Source of the DNA: Chiloscyllium plagiosum
Lineage: Eukaryota
Assembly (NCBI RefSeq): GCF_004010195.1
Contig: NC_057752.1
Location: 16,102,793 to 16,166,792 of the forward strand
DNA: 64,000 nucleotides
Direction of reading: 5' to 3'
A program made the position numbers and the translations under genes. Below are positions 1-12,820 of the stretch, in pieces. The notes under the pieces were generated by a model that saw only the letters and a program-made list of their open reading frames with translations, did no database searches and had not been told where the DNA came from. Numbering within the stretch: the stretch's first letter is position 1; every line of letters starts with the position of its first letter.

Positions 1-790
1 GATATCGATAAGCTGCAGAGCTGGGAAGAAAAGTGGCAAATGGAGTTCAATGCAGAAAAAAAGTGAGGTGATGCACATTGGAAGGAGCAACAGTAATGCA
101 GGGTACTGGGCCATTGGCAAGATTCTTGGTAGTGTAGATGAACAGAGAGATGTCTATGTCATTAGATCCCTGAAAGTCGCCACCCAGATTGATAGGGTTA
201 AGGTGGCATATAGTGGGATAGCTTTTATTGGTAGAGGGATCAAGTTTCAGAGCCACAAGGACATGTTGCAGCTGTACAAAACTCTGGTGTGGCTGCACTT
301 GGAGTATTGCCTACAGCTCTGGTCACTGGATTATAGGAAGGATGTGGAAGCTTTGGTTCAGAGGAGATTTACCAGATGTTGTCTGGTATGGAGGACAGGC
401 CTTACAAGGCTGAGGGACTGGAGGCTGCTTTCATTAGAGAAAAGAAGATTGGGAAGAGACTTAATTGAGACATACAAGATAATCAGAGGATTATATCAGG
501 TGGTGAGAGTCTTTTTTCCTTAGTGATGGCTAGCACAAGGGGACAAAGCTTTAAAAATGGAGGGGTGATAGATATGAGACAGAGGTCATTTTTTTTTTTA
601 AACTCAGTAGTCGGGGCATGGAATGCACTGCCTACAACAGTAGTAGACTCGCCAACTTGAAAAGGGCATTTAAATAATAATTGGATAAACTATGGATGAT
701 AATGGAATAGTGTAGGATAGATGGGCTTCAGACTGTTGTGCTGAACTGTGGAACTATCATGGGGATGAAGGGCCTGTACTACGCTGTAAT
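1..790 (+). mobile_element. CR1-type LINE, RT C-terminus and 3' UTR (degenerate)
   Basis: ORF 50-523: ...LKVATQIDRV...LYKTLVWLHLEYCLQLWSLDYRKDVEAL..RRFTR, typical of the CR1 RT end. Confidence 0.92.
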
Positions 791-1099
791 AGTGGGGAGT
801 GAAATTAGTCATCATCTATCAACAGAAACCTTTCCAGATTCTACACCATTCTGACTGGTCAGAATTTGGCAGACTGGTCAGTAAAAACTGGTGATCTGAG
901 GAACATTTGACAAGCTGGAACCAAAAATACAAAAAAGCCTACAAGGGCTTTTTTTAGAACAAAGCTCCCTTCTGGTGGGATTCTGTAAAGCCAGGTGAGT
1001 GCCTGATTTGGAATAGTGATGAAGTGGCTTAAATGTAGAGGCACAATAAAAATTTGATACCAAAAAAAGTCAGGTATATGTTTTACATTCTGTTAAAAA

Positions 1100-1965
1100 A
1101 AGTGGACAAGTCAGCTGGGCAAAAAGTCTTAGAAAGGATGAAATCTCAGCATTTCAAATTCCACAAAAACCCAAGTGGTGCACATGGCATCATGAAGGGG
1201 AAAAAACCTGACTGACTTGCTTGAATTGTTTGGAACAGTGATAAGCAGGATTGAAGACAGCGGACTAGTGCATGTAATATTTGTATCTCCATGTGTGGTA
1301 TCTCTCCAAATTCTACACAAGTTAAAAAGCTCATTGTGTTGGGGCGAGGATGTTAGTGTGGATACAGGATTGTTCTATTAGTTAGCCACTATGGGGACAG
1401 CAGTGGTGATGCTGTTTCACTGTAATTAGTGTAGCTAACCTTTATCAGATGGAAGAGCATAAAAAAGAGGTTTTGCTAAGACTACCTGGTGCTAGTCTGA
1501 CATCAGCTGGAATACTGAGTTATACTGATAGCGGAATTAGTATAAAGAAGGTTCATTTGGGCTGATACCAGGAACTGTCTTACAATGAGACAGTGAGTAG
1601 GTTGGGCCTGTACCCATCGGGGTTTAGAAAAATTGAGGTGACTTTTCTGAAACAAGATTCAGAAGGGACTTGACAGGGAGATGTGGAGAGGTTGTTTCCC
1701 CTTGTGGGAGAGTCTGGACCAGAGGGTTATAATCTCAGACGTAGGTGTCAGCCATTTGAGAGATAAAAAGGAGGAATTTATTCTCAGAGGGGAGTGAACA
1801 TGTGAAATTGTTTACCACAAAGGGCTACTGAGGGGATGCATGCTCAAGGCAGAGATGAATTTTAAAAAAAGCAAGGATCCTGGAGAAGATGGCAGCAACT
1901 GGAGCTATTGGATCAGCCAGGAAAAGCAGACTCAATTGCTGCGATGGCTTACTTCTGCTCCTACA
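1100..1965 (+). mobile_element. Highly decayed CR1 LINE fragments
   Basis: Remnants such as catggcatcatgaaggggaaa (HGFMKGK-like) and the CR1 3' segment gggacttgacagggagatgtggagaggttgtttccccttgtgggagag. Confidence 0.65.
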
Positions 1966-2376
1966 TCCTACGCCTTCAACAGTGGCATAGGAAATGCCAA
2001 TCTGGATAGAAAGAAAGAGTGATACATTAGGATGGGCAAAGGAATAGGCAGTGATAATATTAAAGGAATATTAAGAAACAGAAGCTGAAAGACAGTCCCA
2101 CTAACTCTGAAATCATCAGCCAAGTCTTTGTTGCATTCCTCCCTTAACCAGAACTCCATCCCTCAGATAAAAAGGAGGCCACAATACTCCAGGTATAGCC
2201 TCCCCAATGCCCTGTATAAGGTTCCTGTCCTGGAATCCTCTTGCCAAGAAGGCCACTAGACCGTGTGGTCATCGTCTGCTGCACCTGCACATGCTTACTT
2301 TCACAAGTGAGGGTATCCAGGTAACCTTCCCCATCCACTTTATAGCCAGTTGTAATAATGGGTCTTCCAGTTTGCT

Positions 2377-2545
2377 GAGAAAGTGAGGACTGCAGATGCT
2401 GGCGATCAGAGCTGAAAATGTGTTGTTGGAAAAGCGCAGCAGGTCAGGCAGCATCCAAGGAGCAGGAGAATCGACGTCTCGGGCATGAGCCCTTCTTCAA
2501 GATTCCTTATAATCTGCTGCGCTTTTCCAGCAACACATTTTCAGC
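2377..2545 (-). mobile_element. Short PLE-derived insert (family A) with partial inverted repeat
   Basis: 14-bp TSD tcttccagtttgct at 2363-2376 and 2546-2559; body gagaaagtgaggactgcagatgctgg...tcgacgtctcgggcatgagcccttcttc; inserted in a decayed minus-strand CR1. Confidence 0.85.
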
Positions 2546-3221
2546 TCTTCCAGTTTGCTCCCAAAGTTAATAACCTCAATTTATTTACATTAGTGAAGCA
2601 AGATTGCATCCTCTTTACCCCCACTAAAAGTTTTGTCACCTGTAAATGGAAGATTCTCCAGCTTCACCCTGCTAACTAGTTTCCTATCACCCCAATCCCA
2701 TGTGCTTTAGTTTTACACACCAATCTCATGTGGGACCGCGTCAAAAAAGGATTTGGAAAGTCTTAAGAAACTGCAGCCTTGAATTGCAGTAAGTTTGTCT
2801 GGTGTGATTTGCTTTTTTTTTTAAAAAAAAAACAATCCATACTGTCTCTTCAGGCCTGTAGTTTAGCAAATATGCTGTTAATTATATAACTAGATGATGG
2901 ATGGACAGACAGACAAAACAGGTCAGAGAGAGGAATATTTGTTTACTTTGGAAAAAGAATGGATGTCATGGAGGTTTTTAAAACATTGATTCTAGATAAA
3001 GTCCAAAAAGGAAAATATAAATAACTTCTGCCATCAGAAAGAAAGAGTCGAGCATAAAAGTAGTGATTGTTGATAGCAGGATAGGAGCCCTACAATTGAT
3101 TTTGCCCAGTCCAGGCAGGGGGTTGACTGGAGGGAGAGCAGCACCAGATGTAACAAGGAGGTGTCAACTTGAAGCTACACAGAAGTACATGTGTCCCAGA
3201 TGCCAAACAGAGGCGGATAAC

Positions 3222-3972
3222 ATGGCACTCAGTGGTTAGCCCTGCTGTCTCAGTGCATGGGACCCAGGTTTAATTCTAGCTTGGAGTGACTTGGTATGTG
3301 GACATGATTTGGAGGAGCCAGTGTTGGACTTTGGGGTGTATAAAGTTAAAAAATCACAACACTATAGTCCAACAGGTTTATTCAGAATCACTAGTTTAAG
3401 TGTTGCTTCTTCATCAGATAGTTGTGGAGCAGAATCTAAGACGTGCCTTCATATGATAAATCCCAGAAGTTACATGCTCGAGATAGTTTCTAACAACAGG
3501 TGCCCTCTCAGCTCAGATAATGCATTGAAGGTGCGAGGTTAAAATCTGTCTGTGCCCCAATGTTAGGTCAAATGGATTCTATTTCTAGAGTGGGGGTTAC
3601 AGAATCTGATTTCCATAAGGAACTGAAGCTAACATGGTCAATCTAAAATTAGTTTGTTTAATATGACATTCCATGACAGAATTCATAGCAACAGGATTGC
3701 AGTGTCTCATGATCCTGCTCCACAACCACCTGATGAAGAAGCAGTGCTTCAAAAGCTTGTTTCCAAATCACCTGGTGTTGTGTAATTTTTAAAACTTGGT
3801 GTGTGGAGTTTGCCCAGTATGTGGGGGTTCCCTCTGGGTGCTCTTGTTTCCTTACAGGAGTCAGAAGATGGTAGATTAGCCACGCTGGACTTGGGTAGGA
3901 TGCAGTGAGGGTCAGTAGTGACCCAATGGGCTGAATGGCCTCTTTCTGCCCTGTAGGGATTCTATGATTCTA
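3222..3972 (+). mobile_element. HE1-type V-SINE split by a PLE family B insert (3303-3793)
   Basis: tRNA-like head tggcactcagtggttagc; the V-domain resumes at 3794; near-perfect 14-bp TSD acttggt[a/g]tgtgga at 3289-3302 and 3794-3807. Confidence 0.8.
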
Positions 3973-4892
3973 CCAAAGATCAGATCTAATCTGCGCAGCC
4001 CGTTTCCATCGAGTCGAGTATGGTGGAGGACTGGTTAAGAAAAATCTACACAGTGAAACTCTACAAAGAGCTCACCCTCAATATGGATAGGAGCCCAGGA
4101 TAGCAATCAGTGCACGAGCAAGAATGAAGGCTACCTGTGCAGGTATTTGACCAGAAGGGCCACATGAATGATCCATACCAGCCACCTCTAAGAGCTCCCC
4201 AGCATCTCCGAAGCAAACGTTTGGCCAATTGAAGACCCTTCACACAATATCAAAAAAACCACAGCTCAAGCTGCTGGAATTGACATTTCAGAGGGCAACT
4301 GGGACTCTTGGGTAGAGAAGAGTTATGGTGCAGTGATAGTGCCCCCGCACAAGGCAGGAGGAACCAGACTGAGGTTCCACCTGCTCGAGTGAGGCCATAA
4401 CAGGTTCATTAAAATACCTAAAATTTAACCACAGGCCAGACCAGCCAAGGTCAGCAGATGGTGTCTTTTCTCAGGAAGATGACAACATTGCAAAATGCTC
4501 TGGTCACAATTATGACAAGGTCAGCTTTCAATTCCAGATTTATTTTAATTTAAATTCAAATCTGGTTCACTGGTAGGTCTTGGAAACCCATGTCCCTCGA
4601 TCACAGACTGAACCCCAGAATGGTCCAGTGACATTACCAAACAGTTGTCTGTGTCCCACAGCTAGCTGTTCTGCTACAGGCATGTCCTCTACACAAAAAT
4701 CAGGGCAAATTCAAGCCAGTCTATTACTGTCAAAGTCTATACTCAATCAGCAATGTTGTGGAAAGGCTCAGTGCTACCAGGAGGTGCTTGCTCACCAACA
4801 TTCAGTTTAGTTTCTTCCAGAGCCACTTAGCCCCTGAATCTGCCACAACCCTTGGCCCCAAGTCAGACAAGAGCTGAATTCCTGAAATGGGG

Positions 4893-5170
4893 TAACAGCC
4901 TTGTGATATTGTCACTGGGCAGAGACCCAAATTCAAATCCTGCCACAGCAGATAGCAAACATTTGAATTCAATGTAATATCTGAAATTAAAGATTCTGAT
5001 GATGTCCATTGTCAGGAAAACCTTATCTGGTTCACTAAGTGCCCTTAAGGAAGGAAGCTACCATCCTTACCTGGTTTGACCTACATGTGACTGCAGACCC
5101 ACAGCAACATGGTTGACTCAAAGTTAGGGATGAGCAATAAATGTTAGTCCACCACCAGCACCCTCACCCC
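4893..5170 (+). mobile_element. Second SINE-like family (related copies at ~39700-39800 and ~43145-43490)
   Basis: Shared core ctggttcact...ccttacctggt(c/t)tg(g/a)cctacatgtgactccagacc and a ggg/gag-caataaa tail in several dispersed copies. Confidence 0.65.
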
Positions 5171-5603
5171 ACAAATTCAACCTTTAAAAGGAAAGGATGA
5201 AAGTGACTGTCCCTTGACAAAGTTCTGGTAACATGGGAATCAGTGGCGTTGCACAGGGGAATTTCTCCACTGATTGGAGTCTTACCCATCGCCAAGCAGC
5301 AACGGTGGAATTTAGAGGACAGTCACCCCAACTCCAGGATTTCTCTGGAGGGTGAATTCCTCAATAGATATTCTCTAAAGTCAGCCTGTTCAGGACGGTC
5401 CACATTTCTGAATCAGGTAGAATGTGAAACCAGACCTTCTAGCCCAGAATAAGTACACTATCACTGTACCACAGGAAACCCCACTAAAAATATTTCAGGG
5501 CACACGAGACCTGACCACTTCTGAATGGAGCCTTCATATTAGGACCTAAACATTACAGCCCTCAATGTTGAGCCAGCCTGTGAAAATAATCTGATGCCCA
5601 TCT

Positions 5604-5880
5604 GGGCAGCACAGTGGTTAGCACTGCTGCCTCACAGCGCCAGAGACCTGGGTTCATTTCCCACCTCAGGCGACTGTGTGGAGTTTGCGCATTCTCCCCG
5701 TGTCTGCGTGGGTTTCCTCCCACAATCCAAAAATGTGCAGGTTAGGTGAATTGGCCATGCTAAATTGCCCATAGTGTTAGGTGAAGGGGTAAATGTAGGA
5801 GTATGGGTCTGGGTGGTATGCGGGTTGGTGTGGACTTGTTGGGCCGAAGGGCCTGTTTCCACACTGTAATGTAATCTAAC
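5604..5880 (+). mobile_element. HE1-type V-SINE
   Basis: A/B-box-like head (gtggttagcac; ggttcatttcc), V-domain ctgtgtggagtttgc...ttctccccgtgtctgcgtgggtttcctcc, LINE-like tail gggccgaagggcctgtttccacactgta followed by (taatc)n. Confidence 0.92.
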
Positions 5881-5884
5881 CTAC

Positions 5885-6600
5885 ACCATTATCCATATGG
5901 ATGTCCAATGGACATTTAAAAGCCCTTAAAAGGCCAGCATGCCATTAGCTTTCTTCACTGCTTGCTGTACCTGCATGCTTGCTTTCATTGGCTGCTGTAC
6001 AAGAGTATCTCATTGTACTTCCCTTTTACCGGACTCCATTTAGATAGTAGGATAAACCCCAACCAGTCCAGGAGTCTCATCTATTTTTAGATCTTCCAAA
6101 GTTGCTAAAGCCTTCTCGGTCAACCTCAATCCCATCTAATCTTGTAGCCTCTATCTCCATATGCTCACTAATATTTTGTCAGTATTCACATTGGAAAAAG
6201 CAAAGTATTCATTAAGTGCTTCCCATGTCCTCAGATTCCACACACAACTTTCCACTACTATCTTTGATTGGCCCTAATCTTACTCTAGTCATTCTTTTTT
6301 CCTAATAAGGCAGTCTTGGAGTTTTCCTTGATCCTATCTGACAACAACTTCTCATGTCCCCTTCTGGCTCCTCTTAGCCCTCTCTTTCGATCGTCTCTGG
6401 CTAACTTAACTCTCAAGCCCCTTAACTGAGCACATCTCATCCTCACATAAGCTGCCTTCTTCCTCTTGACAAGAGCTTCAACTTCTTTAGTAAACCATGG
6501 CTCCCTCTCTTGACAACTACCTCCCTGCCTGATAAGTATATACCTATCAAGGATACATAGTAGCTCTTCCTTGAATAAACTTCACATTTCAATTGTGATT
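5885..6600 (-). mobile_element. CR1 LINE fragments
   Basis: Similar to the EN-RT linker region of the CR1 at 20160-20750. Confidence 0.75.
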
Positions 6601-7434
6601 TAAAACTGATCTAAAATTATACCCAGTCATTATTTGAAAAGTGACAGCCCCCCATAAGAACTACTTGTGATCTAGACAAGTTTTGTCATGCTGAAACAGT
6701 GACAGTAAACAGCCTTTGTGAACCACTACAATCCACTCAAGCGGTGTTAAGGAAGGTGATCAAGATTTTTAAACTGGTAACAATTAAGAATCAATTAATT
6801 CAATGTCAAGGTGGCAAATGGCTTGGAGGGAAGCTTACAGCTGGTGGTGTTACCTGGTAACAGTTGCCCTCATCCATCTGGATTTAAAAAAAATAATGAA
6901 ATGGTGATTATAGGTCAGACAGGGTTCAGCAAAGTCTCATTGGTTTCTACAATGTATACTATCTACAAAGTTCATACAGTGAAGGGAGTGAGGGAAATAT
7001 TGAAAATGATGGATGGGGCACCAACCAAAAGAGCCGATCTCAGATGACGTCAAGCTTTGAGCATTGCTACAGACATCCAGAGTGTATTCCAGCACACCGA
7101 CTGCGAGGTAGCTAACAGCCCTTGGGAAGTCAGGAGATACTGGCTACAGAATTTCTAGCTTGCCCTTTTAGCCAAAAGCACTTGTTAATCCAGTTCAGTT
7201 TCTGGTTCATAGCAGCCTGCATATCAGGACCAGGGGTTTCTGCAATGCTAAGGAAACACTGGTAGATTCACTGGCTGGAGATGATTATTGAACATAATTG
7301 TCCCATGCTGAAGCTGTGCTTTGCCTGGTCAGTCAAGCATTTCCTTGTTAGAGGTTACAACAACATCTTAAATTCAACTGTGTGGTTGAACCAAGATAAT
7401 GAGGTCAAGAGCCAAACAGTCCTGATGGAACTCA

Positions 7435-7640
7435 AGAGAACTGCAGATGCTGTAAATCAAGTTGCTGATCAAGCTCAGCTGGTCTGGTAGCATCGTGAAG
7501 AGAAGTCAGTTAACTTTTTGGATCCAGCACCCCTTCCTCAGTTCTGATGAAGGGTCACTAGAGCCGAAACGTTAACACTGATGGTTGATTTCACTTCCCA
7601 GATGCAGCGAGACCTGCTGAGCTTTTCCAACAATTTCTAG
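7435..7640. mobile_element. Palindromic PLE-derived insert (family C)
   Basis: Imperfect inverted arms (gctcagctggtctggtagcatc / gatgcagcgagacctgctgagc) around a hammerhead core; related copy at 34215-34385. Confidence 0.7.
7541..7576 (+). ncRNA. Minimal type I hammerhead ribozyme motif (family C)
   Basis: gtt-CTGATGA-a-gggtc-acta-gagcc-GAAA-cgtt-aac: catalytic boxes present, imperfect stem II, palindromic ACGT in place of stem III, stem I gtt/aac. Confidence 0.6.
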
Positions 7641-8374
7641 TGGAAGCCATACTGAGCTCACCAACTTTCACATGTTACACTTTCACCCAGTCTCCTATAG
7701 TCTATTTTTCCCATATCAGTTGGACCAAATGGCTCCAGAATTGGTCGAAATACTTTTCTGCTTAATAAATTAGAATCAGACCCACAAGTGAATTTTGGCA
7801 TTAGCAGCCATGAACATTTCACATTAATGTGCACCTTCGTCACATTAGACTCTGGAGGATATAGACAGATGCTTTTCCATGAAGTGAATAAAAGAGTCTT
7901 TAATGTATCAAATGACAGCAATGCATACACATGGAAGCATACCACTGGATCTCACATTGTGGGATTGGATGAACAAAGTCAAAAGGAGGGAACAGCTAAG
8001 GTAAACCATACAGTGCGCACACTGCAGTGATACAGAGTGGAATCTCATCAACTCCTTAAAGACAATAAAGAGATGTCAATAAATGCTAGTCTCAGTAATA
8101 CGGTCAGGAAGATCATAAAAAAGTCACAGCCAGGACTCAGACTATTTTAAATGAGGTGTTAAGGTTCTGGTGACTGCCATAATTCCCCATACAGTCAGTC
8201 AGTCAGTCAATCATACAACATTTTAAATAAACTTTAGGAATGAATATTCAAGGGTCTACAGCGTCACAAAAGGATTGCCCATTTGCTACAAGTTACAGCA
8301 TAATTCTTCAAAAAGAAATTTAAAAAAAGTGAAACCCTTCAGAAATCTAAACAAAGAAAGTGTTCAGAACTTAC

Positions 8375-8564
8375 CTGTTTGTGTTCTGTGAATTACTGCA
8401 CTGACTTTCAAGTCCCCCTTGGCAGATATGGTTATCCACTTCCATTCATTAGCAGAGTTTTGTTCACATTCAGCCGTAACAAAAGTATATTTTTTATTCC
8501 CCAGCCCTAATCCATTCTGCTGTAAAACTTGAAGATCACCCAGCAATGCTGTAACTTGTGCACA
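8375..8564 (-). CDS. Divergent profilin-like protein, middle exon (190 bp)
   Basis: atgtgtttcag|TGT GCA CAA...CAA ACA G|gtaagt; CAQVTALLGDLQVLQQNGLGLGNKKYTFVTAECEQNSANEWKWITISAKGDLKVSAVIHRTQT. NGL-x-LG-x-KK-Y matches the profilin core (PFN1 NGLTLGGQKC). Phase 0 to phase 1 and the length match the recalled PFN1/PFN2 exon 2. Confidence 0.72.
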
Positions 8565-8631
8565 CTGAAACACATTAAATAAAAAGAGAATTTAATTTAA
8601 CAAGAGGAATACTTAGTAAATAGCAGTTACC

Positions 8632-9540
8632 AGGACCGACTGAATAACTTGCAGATCATTTCAGAGAACATCTCTGGGATACCCGCACCAACCAACCCCA
8701 CCACCCTGTGGCCAAACACTTCAACTCCCCCTCTGTCAAGGGCATGCAGGTCTTGGGCCTCCTCTATTGCCACACTTTAACCACCTGGAGGAAGGACACC
8801 TCATATTCCACCTTGGGACCCTCCAACCACGTGGGATCAATTTGGATTTCAACAGTTTCCTCATTTCCCCTCCCCCCACATTATGCCAGTCCCAAGCCTC
8901 CAACCCAGCACCACCCTCTTGACCTAACCATTTTCCTTCCCACCCTATCATCTTTATCTACCTCCTCTTTCCTCTCTCCTCCTCCCTCCCCCCTGCCAAA
9001 ACATATCACATTCCCAGCTACATTCCCCAGCACAGAAACAGACCCACCACTCCAGTTCTTCCATGCTACCCAAATATCCCAATCTAATCCCATTTGCCAG
9101 TCCTTGGCCCATATCCCTCCAAACCCTTCCTATTCATATACCCATCCAAATGCCATATTCCACCTTGGGACCCTCCAACCACGTGGGATCAATTTGGATT
9201 TCAACAGTTTCCTCATTTCCCCTCCCCCCACATTATGCCAGTCCCAAGCCTCCAACCCAGCACCACCCTCTTGACCTAACCATTTTCCTTCCCACCCTAT
9301 CACCTTTACCTACCTCCTCTTTCCTCTCTCCTCCTCCCTCCCTCTCTGCCCCCCCCCCCGCCAAAACATATCACATTCCCAGCTACATTCCCCCAGCCCT
9401 ATCTTCCTCCCATTTATCTCAGCACCACCACCCCCCCCAACCCACAGCCTCATTCCTGATGAAGGGCTTATGCCTGAAACGTCAATTTTCCTGCTCCCCA
9501 GATGCTGCCTGACCTGCTGTGCTTTTCCAACACCACACTC
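8632..9540 (+). mobile_element. Penelope-like element 3' end (GIY-YIG C-terminus and pLTR) with internal duplication
   Basis: PVAKHFNSPS...HLIFHLGTLQPRGINLDFNSF, then a C/T-rich tail and ctgatgaagggcttatgcctgaaacgtc at ~9456-9483. Confidence 0.88.
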
Positions 9541-9739
9541 CATTCTAAAACAGCCGAATACTGAAACAAATTCTACTGTCGTCATGCGCTTTAGGAATGC
9601 AAGAAGCCAGGACTATACTCAAAGATGGTCAACGTAAATGCACTTTAAAAAAAATGAAGTGATCATTTATTTAAAAAACAACTCGAGTTTTGCAAGGTCG
9701 GGGTAGGGAAGAGAAAGTTGGGCAAAAAGAGGGACAAGA

Positions 9740-10790
9740 ATAAAGAGCAATACAAACAGGGACAGGCCCTTTGGTCCCCTTCGTCTGTGCCCACCATACT
9801 GAAACCCCTTTTCACGTACAGGATCTGTATCCCTCTACATGCTTCCTATTCACATTCATCCAAGTGCTTCTTGAATGCTGTTACCATTACTGCGTCCACC
9901 ACCTTGCCTGGTAAATGCATTCTAGGCACTCACCATCCTTTGAAAGAAGAAAAAAATCCCTCACAGCAAATAAACCCAAGTCTAGCCAACTTTGTGTCAT
10001 AGCTAGAAATTACCCCAGACCAGGCAACATCCTGGTAAAGCTTTTCTGTACTCTCTCCAAAACGTCCACATCTTTCTGGTAGTGTGGTGGCTGTACCACA
10101 ATGCAATATTCCAAGTGTGGTCTAACTAAAGTTTAATAAAGCTGCAGCATAACTTGCTTATCCTTATTATCAATACCCCTTCCAATGAAGGCAAGCAGGT
10201 CATAAGCCTTTTACTCTTACCTACCTGCACAGCCACCTTCAGAGATTGTGGACCTGCACACCCAGACCCCTCTGCATGTCAACACTAATTTTCACTTTTG
10301 TTTTTTTGTTTTGGAAGATCAACCTCACATTTGTCCAGATTAAACTCCATCTGCCATTTATCTGCCCATACCTCCAACTGATCTCTGTCCTACAGCATAC
10401 TCCTCACTATCTGCATCTCAAATCTTTGTTTTGTCCACCAATTTACTAATTAGACCAGCTACATTTTCCTCCAAAGTTGTCTATATAGAGCATGAACACC
10501 AGAGATCCCACTGATCCTGGTTGAACACTATTAGGCAAAACCCTACATTCCAAGAGGCGTCCTTCACTGTTACCATCCATCTCCTTTGAGACCTGGTTCT
10601 GTATCTATTTTGCCAGCTTACCCAAATACTATGTGACTTCACCTTTTCTACTCTGCCACAAGGAAGGACTCATTAAAAGCTTTACTGAAGACAAAAATCA
10701 GCCACTTTTCCCTCAAATCACCCCCTCCTCAAAAAACGCAAATCAAGTGAGTGAGGCGTGACCTTCCCACAAAAAGCTGTTGCTTGCTAA
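9740..10790 (-). mobile_element. Decayed CR1 LINE RT/3' fragments
   Basis: ccaggcaacatcctggtaaa, taaactccatctgcca (WQMEFN on the minus strand). Confidence 0.75.
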
Positions 10791-10869
10791 TGAAATTTTG
10801 AAAACAAAAACATAAGTACAAGTTAGGCTGGGGCGGTTTTCCTTTTTACAAACGAGAAGAGCAGCAAGA

Positions 10870-11260
10870 CCAATTTTCTGGGCCAGTAGATTGTTAGGCC
10901 TTTAGTAGGGTGTTGTACGCTTCCTGACAGATGTGAGAGAGTTGCCATGTCATTGATAATTATGTCTGCAGGAAGTGTCTTTGGTTGCAAATCCTATCAA
11001 TTGCATGGATCAGTTGGAGCAGCAGTTAGAGGCCATGAAGAATTGACAGGAGCTAGGGGGTGTGATGGATGACAGTTATAGGCAGGGAGAAAATGTCAGG
11101 TAGATGGGTTACCTCCAAGAAAGGTAGGAAGGTAGTACAGGAGTCTCCTCTGGCTATCCCCACCTCAAACAAGTCTGCTGTTTTGGAAAATGCAGGGGGT
11201 GATGGACTGTCAGGGAAATGTAACAAAAACAGCCAAGTTTCTGGTACAGACACTGGTTAG
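10870..11260 (+). mobile_element. CR1 ORF1 fragment
   Basis: Homologous to the ORF1 part of the CR1 at 62423-62970 (VVQESPLAIPTSNKSAVLENAGGD). Confidence 0.8.
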
Positions 11261-11761
11261 AACATAGAACAGTACAGGCCCTCAATATTTTTAACTGTAA
11301 AGATCAAACTAACCTACATACCCTTTGTCATAATATCTTCTACGTGCCTATCCAAGAGTTGCTTAAAATGTCCCAAGTGTATCTGACTATCACCATTGCT
11401 GGCAGTTCATTCCATGCACCCACCACTCTAGAGAACCTTCCTCGAACATCTCCCCTAAACCTGGGATGGAGCACCCCTGCCTGGTGATTGTGTGGTGTCC
11501 AGTTGGTGACCACTGTAGTCATAGACATTCAGCCTGGGATCTTTGGGTGACCTTCCTCCAAGGTGGAGGTCAGGATATTCAACAGAGTGGCTGAGCTGAG
11601 GCTGCTAGCCAGGGTTGGTACCCAAGATGAGGGCCTCAACCAGGACGGACACACACACAGATGTCTATGAGGTGAATTTGTAATTGCAGATACATTCTAC
11701 TTTGTTCAAAAAGCACACAACTTGCAGGTAGGCAATGCAGGCAGACATAGTCATAGAGATG

Positions 11762-11878
11762 GAGAAAGTGAGGGCTGCAGATCAAAGCTGAAAATGTGTT
11801 GCTGTAAAAGCCCAGCAGGTCAGGCAGCATCCAAGGAACAGGAGAATTGACGTTTCGGGCATAAGCCCTTCATCAGGG
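11762..11878 (-). mobile_element. Short PLE-derived insert (family A)
   Basis: Perfect 15-bp TSD atagtcatagagatg at 11747-11761 and 11879-11893. Confidence 0.88.
11849..11876 (-). ncRNA. Minimal hammerhead ribozyme motif (family A)
   Basis: Minus strand CTGATGA-a-gggc-ttat-gccc-GAAA-cGTC: both catalytic boxes intact, perfect 4-bp stem II, GUC triplet; stem I weak. Confidence 0.65.
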
Positions 11879-11879
11879 A

Positions 11880-12820
11880 TAGTCATAGAGATGTACAGCA
11901 CAGAAACAGACCCACCACTCCAGTTCTTCCATGCTACCCAAATATCCCAATCTAATCCCATTTGCCAGTACTTGGCCCGTATCCCGCCAAACTCTTCCTA
12001 TTCATACACCCATCCAAATGCCTCTCAAATGTTGCAATTGTACCAGCCTCCACCACATCCTCTGGCAGCTCATTCCATACATGTACCACCCTCTGGGTGA
12101 AAATGTTGTCCCTTAGGTCTTTTAGATCTTTCCCCTTAACCCATGCCCTCTAGTTCTAGACTCCCCCACCCCAGGGGGAACATCTTACCTGTTTATCCCC
12201 TCATGATTTTTTGTTTAAAATATAAACCTCTACAAGATCCAAGATCGCCCCTCAGCCTCTGATGCTCCAGGGAAAACAGTCCCAGCCTGTTCAGCCTCTC
12301 CCTATCGCTGAAATCTTCCCACCCTGGCAACATCTTTGTAAATCTTTTCTGAGCCCTTTCAAGTTTCACAACATCCTCTGATCAGAAGGAGACCTGAACT
12401 GCACAGTGTTCCAAAAGTGGCCTAACCAATGTCCCGGTACACCTGCAACATGACCTCCCAACTCCTGTACTCCATACTGGACAATAAAGGAAAGCATACC
12501 AAACGTGCTCTATTCCTGAAGGGCTTTTGCCCGAAATGTCGATTTTCCTGCTCCTTGGATGCTGCCTGACCTGCTGTGCTTTTTCAACACCACACTAATC
12601 TAGACTCTGGTTTCCAGCATCTGCAGTCCTTGTTTTTAACCTAGCCTTCTTCACTATCCTATCTACCTGCGAGTCCACTTTCAAGGAGCTATGAACCTGC
12701 ACTCCAAGGTCGCTTTGTTCAGCAACACTCCCCAGGACCTTACCATTAAGCCCTGTTAAGATTTGCTTTCCCAAAATGCAGCACCTCACATTTACCTAAG
12801 TTAAACTCCATCTGCCATTT
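11880..12820 (-). mobile_element. CR1 LINE 3' end, with a family A PLE insert at ~12512-12640
   Basis: RT end (DLGVQVHSSLKVDSQVDRIVKK) plus a 3' UTR ending in ctctatgactat. Confidence 0.9.

Noticed and set aside
5604..5665. tRNA-like A/B boxes (also at 14041, 29439, 43650)
   Set aside because: These are SINE heads followed by the V-domain, not tRNA genes.
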